A stretch of DNA of 63,717 nt, filler included, from Phoronis australis (lineage: Eukaryota; Animalia; Phoronida): the NCBI GenBank assembly GCA_002633005.1. It is 8 parts of 8 records of this genome, joined end to end, with 100 filler letters (N's around TTAATTAATTAA, not from the genome) between each part and the next. Parts side by side here need not be neighbours in the genome. Positions count along the whole stretch, not along the records: positions 34,626 to 37,722 come from NMRA01003227.1; positions 37,823 to 41,879 come from NMRA01002726.1; positions 41,980 to 45,831 come from NMRA01000143.1; positions 45,932 to 55,427 come from NMRA01001816.1; 4 more parts are not named here. One strand, 5' to 3'. The notes under the pieces are model-generated. The model ran no database searches and was not told the DNA's origin. It was given only the letters and a program-made list of their open reading frames with translations. Every line of letters starts with the position of its first letter. The stretch's first letter is position 1. Below, in pieces: positions 37,468 to 49,527 of this stretch. Both the position numbers and the translations under genes were made by a program.

Positions 37468-37592
37468 ACTGACCTAAGAGGAATAGGAGACACCGTTATG
37501 CAAAGCTGGATTGTCAGCCAGTGAAGCCAGGATTTGAACCGGGGTCTCCAAGCGGGGGTCCGGAGCTCTAACCACTGAGTCACACTGTCTCC
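37468..37592 (-). mobile_element. tRNA-derived SINE-like element
   Basis: Minus strand has an A box (TGACTCAGTGG) and a B box (GGTTCAAATCC) at tRNA-like spacing, but no proper acceptor or anticodon stem. Confidence 0.7.
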
Positions 37593-39561
37593 TCAACATT
37601 ATCCTTAGGGAAGAGCCTTGTAAGATTCATGAGATTGATATCTGTAGTGTTCTAAATGCCCACTTTTTCTAAAAGGAAATTTATAGTTGTAGTGTTTTAT
37701 CAATTTGTCATTAATGTCCCTANNNNNNNNNNNNNNNNNNNNNNNNNNNNNNNNNNNNNNNNNNNNTTAATTAATTAANNNNNNNNNNNNNNNNNNNNNN
37801 NNNNNNNNNNNNNNNNNNNNNNTGTAGATCGTACGGTGCTATACTGCACGTACATGTATAGGCCTAAGTAAACGTAAACGACTTCTCCAAACTGATTGAC
37901 ATGACGTATTATGTTTGTTGCAGTCTAAAAATAGGCGTTGCTGATGTCCACCCGGTTATAAGTCATAACGGTAGTCTAAAATTCAAACAACTTAGAAAAC
38001 CGATTTTGATCAAAATGGAGTAAACTAGGTTGATCTAGTCGTATTGAGAATTATACAAATGTACACTCAATTAACCAAACATTTCTATAGCTCAATGTCA
38101 TAACGACAAAACAACAGATTATGAACATTCACAATAGAAAGAGCATTTATGAATATGAAAATCTTATAAATCTCAACCGGCGTGGAAATTTAGATCGCTA
38201 ACATTTTTGAGTCTCTTCTGCACGCCGCCTATTGGCCACATCACGTCACCTAATAAACAGAAGTCGGGGCAGAATTCTCTTTAGACTTCCATGCATTACC
38301 GTGGCGAACTTAGAGGGGGGTCAATGGGGCCATGCCCCGCCCTAAAATTCTCCCAGATTCCATTTGGCAGTTCGGGGGTGCGCATGTCTGACGGTCAAAA
38401 TCATGGCTAATATTCTGCCCTGCCCCCCAACTTAAAATCCGATATCCGGCCCTGCATTAGGCCACGTGATGCTGCCATTAGATGGCGGCAGACCAGACTT
38501 CAACATGCTTGCCATGAACAACATTATTACCTCAGAATATCTTGATTTTCCGGTCTCTGAAGTTTCTTCCAGGAGACCATTCTGTTTTTTAAAATGTAGA
38601 AGAAGTTGTCGCTTCCCTAGGATAGACAATTTTATATGAGTGTAAATAATATCAGGAAGACAGTTAATACGTTCATACAACAAGTTCTACAGAGGAAAGT
38701 GTTCACTCATCTTAAAATGTTGCCCAAAACTAAAGCCTTAGAGAATTTAAGTTTTGGCCAACCTCCTCATACTCTGAAGGGTATCTTGGGTCGCTGTTAG
38801 TGACCATGACGGAAATAGAACCCCATTGACCGTAAATAATTACAAGATCGATATTAAGAGAGCAAACGGACTCATTTGATTTTCGTCTTTATACCAGCTG
38901 AGCAGAGCAAAATATCGCCTGTATTTGAGGGTTTAAAATGTTTTCTTGCACTCCAAAAGCTAAAATTTCTGGATAGTAGAGCACTTCAAGAAAATTAATT
39001 CTTTGAGGAAGATTTTATTATTTTAATCTTGATCAGTACTCAAGGTGATTGCGCGCTGCCGAATAAGTATGATTGATTACAATTCAATGGCGCGTGTCTC
39101 ACTTTCGGTTTGATTTTACTCTTGCCTGAATAACAGGTTAGATTTCTCAAACATCGAGTTTAAACTTTTCTACTTTTCCAGCTTTAGAAACGTACGTTAC
39201 GTGGCGAAGCTCAATACACTTGTAAGCGTCAGGGCCTATCTCCGACAAATCAAAAAATCTCAAAGTCGTTTTATCCTAGAAATTGCAACTATACCACCCA
39301 AGGTCAACTCAGTGCACGTTAAAGTTCATACCGTCACGAAGAGTAGTATAGAACGAGCTTTGCATCCGAGTCTGTATTCTTCAAGCTCTGACTTTATCAG
39401 GTCTGAAATTGTTAGCACACTCATACATCTTTAGTTTATTTGCGGTGACAAATCGTGACTATTTTAAAATGACATCGATTTTTTAATGCCGGTATACATC
39501 CACAGAAAGATTTGTTAGAAACACTTTAAAAGTATATAAATCGCCACGTAGCACGAAAACA

Positions 39562-39754
39562 GGTCACATCACGTGATTCACAGTTAAGTCTAAAATGATC
39601 TCTGCTCCAACTGGGATTCGAACCTACCAGTGGTTCCGATGGCTCTGATCAGTGGCCACGTCTGCACTGTTAGCAGAAAGTCTCGGGTTCGAACACCCGT
39701 AGGGGCAGAAATCTTTTTCAGACATAACTAGCCTATAGGCCACGTGATGTGACC
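39562..39754. mobile_element. Palindromic element with two outward-facing tRNA-like B-box arms
   Basis: Perfect 14-bp terminal inverted repeat ggtcacatcacgtg/cacgtgatgtgacc. Each arm has GGTTCGAA followed by a T-rich run. Confidence 0.7.
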
Positions 39755-41979
39755 AAGATATGGCGTGTATGAAGACCGGCTATTAATACACACTCTAAGA
39801 ATATTTCTCTGGGTCTCCAGTTTGATCCAGGGAAGTTTGGTGAGTTTTAAAGTCTACAGTGAAACAACGGCGAAACGATCCTTCTGTCGCCTTACAATCT
39901 CTGGCACGATATAATTTCATTCATTTCGAACTGCCTTACGGACGTCGAATGCCAAAATAACTATCTTCGTATTTTTAAGCGCAAACGTTTGGCTTTGAGT
40001 TTGGACATTAACGAACTTGGTTTAAATTTACTTTAGACCAGCAGGTCACGTGATGATCTCAGTGAGCCCTTGGTTAACACAAAAAGGGATAGTTTTCAAG
40101 CGTTGCATTCATCCGTCAAAAATAACAAGCGACAGCAGTCTGTTACACTGTTACAAAAAACTAAGCTTTGTTTCTAGCTATGTGTATACGATTTTATGTT
40201 ATGTAGTGCTGTGTATTAAGAAAAAGAGCGAATGCAACTACCGACATAACTACGACCGTGACGATGCAATGCGATACAGTGCATCACACACAAGAGAAAG
40301 GATGCAGTATACGAAATCTACAATTCCTGTTTAACGCGATCTAATCGCAACCGAACCGACATAAACTACATAAAGACTAATTTTGGAGCAGATCTTGTAA
40401 GTCGTGAACCTTTTGCTGTTTTCGCTTAATCTATGTTCCAGTAACTATCTTGAGTTATCAGTTTCCATAGTTTTTGCATTTTCTTACCTTCTACTTCATC
40501 TAACGTGGCATTTTCAAAGTCCTGTGTAATGAAAAGAGAGATGTATACCATCAAGCGAGAGAAATAAATATAGAGGTCGCTTTAATCACACAAGTGCGTT
40601 CTGCCGCAAGGTTCATTGTAGTGCAGTCTCCTGTCCGTAACGTTTGACGTTAAGTTATCTCCGCTGTGAGAATCCAAATTTACATTACGGCGTTTTCCCG
40701 CTGCTCCCATCTTGTTGGATTCCATATAGCCCAACAACAAGTTGGAAAGTTTACCCCTGTAGCCAATATCTTACACGACTGATTACCTCCATTCTGGTAT
40801 TTATGGTTGGAGGGCCAGCTCTCTTTTGTTCGATAATTCCTCTAGCCTAATCTCCAATAAGATCCTAGCTAACCTGACTGGGCTGTGCTGTTAAAAATAA
40901 AAGTTAGTTATAACATATTTGAACATAAACCAAAAGCATTTCTGAAACCTGACTCAAATGGGGATCGTTGTTTAGTTTTTGAATCTCCAAAATCGCCCAA
41001 CTGCAACTGAAGTTACGACAATCTATTTTTTTTCGAATACACCAATTCACTCTGAGTTTGACTGTGTTCACACGTGGCCTGTAATAAGCCTGGTAGATAT
41101 TTTCCAGCTTGTTGTCATGACAGACAAAAGACTGTGCTTGGCAGTTAACAAAGAAGTTAGATGTTATCACACGCTCAGAACCCCCTACGTTTGGTAAAGT
41201 CACTGAACGGGAAAACGCTGTAATGCGAGTAACTGACATTTGCAGCTGAAAGTATAGCGATCTTTTTTGAACTGGGACTAGGCGTGGGTGTGCGGACCAT
41301 TGATTGAGAGCACGGTTGTATTGTACAGACGGTGATCAAGTCAGCCTCAGGCACGATTAGGTTGAGAAAGAATGAACTACTCTAATACGTACCCGGTATC
41401 AATAGTATCAGTGTTGATATCAAGAAAGATTCCATTTATACTATTTTAGTCGATATAAGTAATATCGATATGAGAAGAATAAAGTGTAATGCTATCACGT
41501 AGTTTTACTGTCAGTTTTCGGTTTTGATATTTTAGCACTATAAATATTAGCATCAAAATCGAATGAACTGTAAGTAAGTAATATCCACGTGGTTCTTTGA
41601 AAATGCCAGAGTGAAATGGCTACATCAGTAATATTATTTAGTTCAAGGATAGCTATTAGAGAATCATTCCAACAAAGAAAGAGTAAGCTTACGTAATAGA
41701 CTGGAAGTATTTTGTCATCTTTCAACAACACGTGGTTCCCGAGTTGCTCAAAGTTTCGGACAGCAGACGATATTAACTGAAAATCAAAGGGAACATAAAA
41801 ATCATCGATTCTGAAATCCATTGGGGTGCTAAATTTCGGTAAGGCCTGAGTTGGGTTCAAGTGTTTCAAACCAGTCACANNNNNNNNNNNNNNNNNNNNN
41901 NNNNNNNNNNNNNNNNNNNNNNNTTAATTAATTAANNNNNNNNNNNNNNNNNNNNNNNNNNNNNNNNNNNNNNNNNNNN

Positions 41980-42835
41980 TTCTGTTTGGATTGTCATTTT
42001 GAGCTCATTTCGTTTTGCCTGATTCCTGGCGTGTATTTTGCGCAGATCTTGGGTGCCACTTTCGATTAATTTTTCCATCAACGTTCGAAAATAGTTTTTA
42101 ATTGCCTGTTCTTCCTCTGATAAGGTGTTGCTTGAAATATCATCGTTCTTCTCGATCTTTTCTCTAATCTTTTTCAATATCTTCAACTTATTATCGACCT
42201 TGTCTAATATTTGAGTGAGGTTGGTCTTTGCCGTCTCGTGTGCCGCGCTAATCTGACAGCGGTTTTCGCCACTGTGACGACAACAGGCCAAGTTCACACA
42301 GTCTGTACACAACAACAATTTGCATTCCTTACAGTAGTATTTGTATCTCTCGTTGTGTTGCGCGCACTTGGAACTCTGAAGTGCTCTGATTGCTTCATCA
42401 TGTTTGCCTTCACGGAACTCGACAAGGCTGACTATGTTATGTGACACTGTGTGTACGCGATGGTTCTCTTCACACGTTGCACACAACCGCTTTCCCTCAC
42501 ACGTAATACAGATGAAAGTGGGGGCCACGTTGTGGCAGAATGAACAAGGATGATCCGCNATCCGCTTTATGCTGTTCTAAAAGATCCACCAGATTCTTGA
42601 TCATGACATTACATCCAATCCCAACAATGCCCTCCGGCGGAATTTCCATTTCGTGTCTGCAGTACGGGCATGGGTATTTGCCGTGTTCGAGCCGTTCTTC
42701 GCTATCATTCTGGAGACATTTCAAGCACAAGCTGTGTCCGCAGGGTAACGTCCTCGGATCTGTTAACGTCTCTGTGCAGATGCAGCATTCCAATATCCCG
42801 TCGTCAATGATGGTGTCTCGAAGATTTTTCGCCAT
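41980..42835 (-). CDS. TRIM-family E3 ligase (RING, B-box1, B-box2, coiled coil), 3'-incomplete
   Basis: RING CCICTE..LPCGHSLCLKC..CPYCR; B-box1 CSFC..CITC..LCATC..H..H; B-box2 CAQH..YYCKEC..CTDC..H. The frameshift at N 42559 is removed by deleting the duplicated gcggat+N. An acceptor AG lies just upstream of the ATG. Confidence 0.93.
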
Positions 42836-45800
42836 TGTATCACAGATCTACAAAAATGTAAACCTGTTATTCATTTCATACATGCAAGTTTGTTGTTTCC
42901 CAATATCAAAAACAACAATGATCTGTTCGGAGGCCTAAAGATGATATTTTAATGACAATTATAAATTTTCAAACATTTGAACATGAATGAAAAATGTTTT
43001 CACACGTTTGGAATGAACCACATTTTCACTAGACTGCTATGTAATATGGTCGAGTCCACTGTCGTCTAGTAAGACCCTGAATGTGAAAAAACGCTGTCGA
43101 GACGTTTTTGTTTGTTGCAGTGTTTCACTTAATCCTTTGTAACTCTGCTGTTTTAAATTCTCCTAAAACTGTTTATAAGAAATGAGCTACACGACACGTA
43201 CTGTATAGCTGTAGATCGCCATGAAAAGGTTGACATAAATAGGCCCGCGAGGACTCCTCGCTTGAACACAAAAATGGCCTGGAGTCGACACATCACCGAA
43301 AAAAATCTGTTACTTGCTTAGGAAGTTATAATTCGTAAGAAGACATCAACAATGCAAGTGGATAAATGTGTGGAAATCATTTATTTTATCTCCTGTAATT
43401 TTCAACGACCAGCGAGACGAGCAAACAACTTAAAATGCAGCATCCAAAATCCGCAATTTCTTTACTCACGAAATTACCTTTTAGTATGAATTTGTGGTCC
43501 TGTCGAAGACATATATCGTTGGTCAAATGTATGAATGTTACGCACGTAAATTACTTGCATAACTTTAAGTTTTATTATGAGCGTAAATTAATCATAACGG
43601 TGCAATTTAATTATTTGCGACATAAATAAATTACTTGATTAACTTTTAACTTCGTAAATTAGTTATTTGTGGTGTAAATCAATTTTTAACGGCATAAATT
43701 TAAGTTGATTTACGCAAGTAACTTACTTGCGTAATGCTTTTTATAATGTTTATTACGAAATCTTCGATACAATGAATATACTTAACACAGAAAGCGCCAA
43801 GAAGAATTATATTTGGGTAAAAAAGTACAAAGAAATCTATATACAATTATTTTACACAAATACATAAATTAAAAAAACTGTTGTTAAGATTACAATGACA
43901 TATGATTACGAAAGTAAATAAATCATTTTCATACACACAAAGAGATTTAATATTATAAAGAAATTTTGATACTGTATGTTTATTTGTATTTGTATTGAAG
44001 GCCTCTGGCCCACAGTACAATAAACAAAACAATTAATCAGGCACATTTGCACAAGCAGTCAACCCATTTAAGAGTTGTTCTCGTCTTTTNAATGTGGCCA
44101 TTTCGGCTCAGAAAATATGAATACCAAGCTAAAGTGAAGGCACCAATATTTTTGACGGCTTTAGCATTTTTAATTAACATCATAATCGCAGAAATTCATT
44201 GGCAGACATAACATACTCCCTAGTCTCTTAAAGTAGTTCATGGGCAGAAGTCATGCTACACATTTGGTGGTTGTTATGAAAAGTTATGATGACTACCTAT
44301 TTTCTATGCCAATGTATACATGTAGTTGTATAAACATCAACACATTTGAATAAGATATGATTAAGCAATAAGGCCCAAGTTATAAGCAATCACGGTGTGA
44401 CAATAAAAGTATTTTGCATGAATGACGTGCTTCTAAAAATATTCCTCAGGGTCAGACCCTGGAGTTTAGTGATTCCTACCTGAGCTCACACGAAGCAGGA
44501 CGTTGAACCTTGACTTAACGTCTTTGGTCATTTTCAGACCTCTATCAGGCTCTATCAGATTTCTCCTCTAGTGTGTAGTGGATGTTCTCAGTGTCTTTGG
44601 CGACAGCAATATATCTCGAGTGTTGTAACGATGATTCGGGCAAGTGAATCTAATAAGGTAGATTACGGTAAAGTCGCGTGATTTTCGGACGGCCCGCCAT
44701 TTTCGACCAAGAATAAATATTTACGAAATGAGTTTTTCATAGTCCACGAAATTCGTACAAGGTCCAAAAACTGTTTTTCAAAGATCCTCGAATTTCGGAC
44801 ATGTAGTATGTAGCTCCTGCTCCACACCTGCCTCCGAGGCAGACACTGAGACAGACTACTTCTCAGGACTCAGGAGGACACGTTCCACCTCCACATCAGC
44901 TCCACGTACTCTTATAAGGTGCTCAAATGTCTCGCTCTATACCTTGTGCATTTCCCAAGAGTTTCCAAAGTTGTTTCTCTCCGCAATTTGTAGAAATACC
45001 ACATTCGATGCGACTGGCAGTGCCAGACGGATAAATAGATAAATTCGCAAACCCGCACTTTAGGTCAGCCATCATTCAACTAACGCATTGTAAGCTTTAG
45101 TTTGGTATTCAGACGAGTTGGATGAACAAATTTAGTATAATTTCATATTTTAGTGGGAATTGCTAGTGTCTTTAACATTAATTAAAAACATTTAAGCAAA
45201 CCAATTCTTTTAATTGTTGTATTATACCACGGCATATTAATGCGTAGAAACGGCGCACAACTAGTGACTGGAATTAACATGACAAATACACATACGCGGT
45301 CTGAAAATAGTGAAATTCAGACACCTTTTACCAAGCCTGCCTGAAGGGCTGACAAAGTTTTCATTGTATTAATTTCAAGGGCATGGAGTCTTCTACATGT
45401 CCATGTTATTATTTTTAGTTTTCTCGCGGGGGCAGCGTCAACTTACTGCTGGTTTTTCACAAGAAGGAAATGTACCTCCACGGAAACAGTTCCAGTGTTA
45501 CCATGGTAACAGATATTGCAGTGTCGGTGCCGTTTTTACTGACATTGGTCATGAACCTATCATGTGATATCAAAATTGTTCAGAAACGATTCTGTTTGAA
45601 GCAGAAACTGGAGTAGAAAATTTGGTCAAAAATGACTCATTCCACACCAAGAAATTGCCTCATTTTGCCCCCAAGAACACTTCCCTTGTATCTCCTAAAC
45701 CACCAAACTTTGTGGTGTCATACTTCACCCAATTTCTCTCATCCCTAATGTGATTTATCAGACTAAACATGGATCTGAATGGCTGACCCCCCACCTTGCC

Positions 45801-45965
45801 GCCTGTTGGCTGTACAGTGGTCGGTGGATCCNNNNNNNNNNNNNNNNNNNNNNNNNNNNNNNNNNNNNNNNNNNNTTAATTAATTAANNNNNNNNNNNNN
45901 NNNNNNNNNNNNNNNNNNNNNNNNNNNNNNNCCTTACTTAACATTCGGAACAACTACATTTGTAG

Positions 45966-46183
45966 CTATCATCTGTATCCTTATGCTGAAGGAAACAAAA
46001 GATCAAAGTATGCCGGACTATCTTCCTCCGCCAAATAAAGAAGGGCCAATATCAGAGATGGAGGTCGAAATTGCGGTTGTTGACGGCGATACAGTGTTAA
46101 AATCTGATCAGCAATTATATGCCAAAGAAACCGAGTCTAAAGGCGGAGTTAATAATCCATCAAACGAAGTCACTGCTTTTTAA
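45966..46183 (+). CDS. Last exon of an SLC22-like (organic cation/carnitine) MFS transporter
   Basis: tttgtag|CT ATC encodes IICILMLKETKDQSMPD (cf. LLLPETKG..LP) and ends in the class I PDZ motif TAF*. Confidence 0.7.
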
Positions 46184-48369
46184 CAGTGAATGTCTTAGGA
46201 TCAGTATCAGAATGAATATGGTACTTAAAGTTTCGGATTTCATTAGTTTAACTTCTTCTTCTGAGTTCAATGTACCCCCACAGTGTTTGAGTGATAGAAT
46301 TTGTTACATAACAAGTTAACATGCATTCCTTTTAAGTCAAGTTTCAACAACCCACCATACATAGGTTTAACCGAATATCTTGGCCTGATTTTAAATTTTG
46401 AAATAAAATTTCACAACGCTCAATCATTATTTGTTCATTATTTGATTTTAGAGTATCTAGAGGTTAGCTTGTCTGCTGTTTTAAAATGGACAGCTTTCCA
46501 CAGAGCAGGTTTTTCAAATGAGTTCCTGTGACCGTGACGACGGATGACAATGCCGTTCGAGAGGTTCCAACGACGTAAAGCGCAACTATGTCCTATTTCC
46601 TCTGTACCCTAATCGGATATTCAAGAAATTTGGCAAATATGTTTCGGCATTTTAGGAGAATCGAGGTACCATTTGCACTCCAGTGGCCTGTGTTTTATTT
46701 TCGAGCCTTCAGTTTTTTTTGTTTTTTTTTTTTGGCGTCCCCGCAGGGTTATCCATCCAACAGTTCTAAGAGTCCGGTTTGCAGTTCTGTTCTTACAGAC
46801 AAAAGAACTGCTGATGTTTGTTTTCGGAAGAGCGAAACTACAAGTTCGATTATAGCTTTTTCTTGTGGCTCAATATCTACCGAGTTCCTCATGGATCTTC
46901 ATGAAAAGCCACGTTAGACCCATCAATGGAGTGGAGTAGAACCGACGTCGATTTTGGGTCGAATCCTACAGTTTTAACTTTTTGCGTTTGACTCAATATC
47001 TGTCTAGTTCTTCAATGAATATTTATGAAACTTGGCTCATACGTTCCTGTCATTATGAAATTCAGTTTATGCGAACGTGAGGAGAACGACACTCTGTCGT
47101 TGATTTTCGGACAGATACACTTACTATGGCGTCCCCTATTGGCGATTTTTGCGCTTGTCTAGTTTTTACCTTCTAGTGTCATAGCAGACTAGGCGGTTCC
47201 AATTTATTCTGGCACATGATTGATCGAAGAAACTTCGTTGAGTAACTGATCAACGAAGGCTGTTCTCAGAGCACAGATTTACTCCCACGTCACAACAATG
47301 TTGACGCCCATTGGTTAAGGACAACATTCATTCATAATCCCAGGGGCATAGAACACTAGTTCTATGGTTCGTAATAGATGCGCAACACTGAGGCAATCAG
47401 ACCAGTCAATTCGCGTGACTTTCCAAATTGTCCAAAACTTGACCAATTTCGGCGACTAATGTCTTATTGCCTGTACGTGGTTACCCAAGTACTGTGATGT
47501 ACCTCGATAACAGTTGCCGCTTACTGATCCTTGTGAAGAATTGAACGTCCCTTGAGTGACAGCTAAACCCCTTGTGGCACAAAGCTTTTTTTTGCTGGTA
47601 CCTTTGTATAATGTGTGGAAATATCCGTATGTTGTGCAGCTCTCGGTTACGACACACCCACTCTCCCTGCCCAAACCACGGGAGAAACCTTTGGGAAATT
47701 TAGCACTTGTGTCTCTGTTACAGATCAGATGACATCTCCCAATTTTCGGACAAAGGTCACCAGTGCTGCGTCTTGCAGCGGCATTTTTTGTCCACCTCAG
47801 AATCTTCCAACCTGATTATTCCATGTTCGGGTAATTCAGCTTTCATGGACCAATTACTTTGCGCCCCCTAGAGGCTATTTTAAGTTAATTAGTAATGCAC
47901 CTCCAAATAGAAATGTTTTAACCATAGTTTCTTGTGTCCGTATTGTTTACGACGCACCAATTGATGAATATCAACGCTCTGGGTAGCTCTTGACGTTTAG
48001 TCCTTACAACGAAATAAGATTACCACAATGTGAAACCTTCAAACTGCACTAAATTGACATTGTTTCAACCTGTGATCCCAACAAAATGAACACACAAGGG
48101 TACACACAATTGGATGAAAGAAAATGAAATCTCGAAAATCCCATCAACGCGACAGATTCAGTCGCATAAAACTGAACCTCATACGATTACACTCATCTGG
48201 ATAACAGCAATCACACACTACTGCAGGCAAAGTTACAATTGTTGAACAATGCTTTGACCTACGGAACCGTGAGTAATAACCTAAGTTACACAATGGATGT
48301 TTTCTTTCAAATGCATGACCAGTGACTGCTTGGCATGTAATCATCTCAACTGACAGGATGCTCAGCTGA

Positions 48370-48620
48370 TTGATGAAGACAGAGAAACTGACAAATGCAG
48401 CATTAAAAGAATCAACGAGGCTATTCGGATAAGGTAGTGTGTTTTAACATGCCAACTGAAATTGTCATGAACAGAGTCAAAGAAGTTACAAGTTATCGCG
48501 GGCTTCGAATTTCCTGATCACCACCCCACCTAGTGGTCATTAACTTCTGAAGATGGCTGTTGTGATAAGCTGAAACTGTTTTAAAAGAGGTGATTAACTC
48601 AACAGGTTGTGTCTCAAGAA
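48370..48620 (+). mobile_element. Decayed Penelope-like element end (GIY-YIG C-terminus plus pLTR)
   Basis: DRETD..KRINEAIRIR...VMNR..Y.LS fits the RE..R..KEAI.I..MNRD.G pattern and is followed by a hammerhead core. Confidence 0.7.
48542..48591 (+). ncRNA. Degenerate minimal type I hammerhead ribozyme of the Penelope-like element
   Basis: actt-CTGAAGA-t-ggct..agct-GAAA-CTGTT; stem I is poorly paired. Confidence 0.55.
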
Positions 48621-49527
48621 CTTGTCAAGTATTTGAAACTCTAACATTTTGTCCATTTAGTCATCAAAAAGAAATATCGTCAACATTAAAAGAAAATTAC
48701 TGTACTTAAATTTAATTCCATCTAAAAATTACAAATTACAAATGAATCCATTCAGTACCAGTTAAGATGTCGCTAAAGTTCCATAAATGGAATGCTACAT
48801 ATATGTCTGGACTCAATATAATAAGTTTAAAGAACACCACATAAAAATAAAACAGTGACACCAGTACAAATAATGTTGTGAACAGGTCCAGCCTGCTTTT
48901 CATGATTAAATAATGGAGAATACATCGAAGAACGCTGTGACTCAGCTGCCATCACTTGTGAACATTGATACACATTATACACCAGCTGTCATAACTCGCA
49001 AAAGTCTTTAATTCATAAAGTTTGAGAAATGAAATTTTGAGTGCCCGTGTTCTTGCTGCTCACCCAGTGATCTCAAATAAACAAACCATTATGCACTCAC
49101 ACCTTTCCCTGAAAACTGGATTCGTTTTCCATAACTTTGATAAAAACTAAAACATCATATCAGTTGTACTAATGAACATAATTAGCTCCAAAAGAATGAA
49201 AAATACTTTAGGGTTAAAAAGAACCAATATCTCACATTTTCATGAAAAGGCTAAATGAATCCAACCTAGATTCATTGTCACAAACTGTTGAGATATCCTA
49301 ATTTTGAGCTGAGTTCTAGCTCACTGTCATCATACAACAATATTGTAATTCTTCCAAGAATATCAAAGTACCACAACATGACCACTGTATGCAGGAGATC
49401 CCCGTCTGTTACACAGTTTCATCGATGTATCTCGTAATGCTCCAGCAGGGGTCACTGCAGCCCTAAAAGTACCAAATCTCCAGTTTTCTTCTGCATAAGT
49501 GCCACGAGACCTTGACACAAACTTTTC

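Noticed and set aside
37520-37592. Functional tRNA gene (also 39660-39710)
   Set aside because: Pol III box motifs are present but no complete cloverleaf forms.
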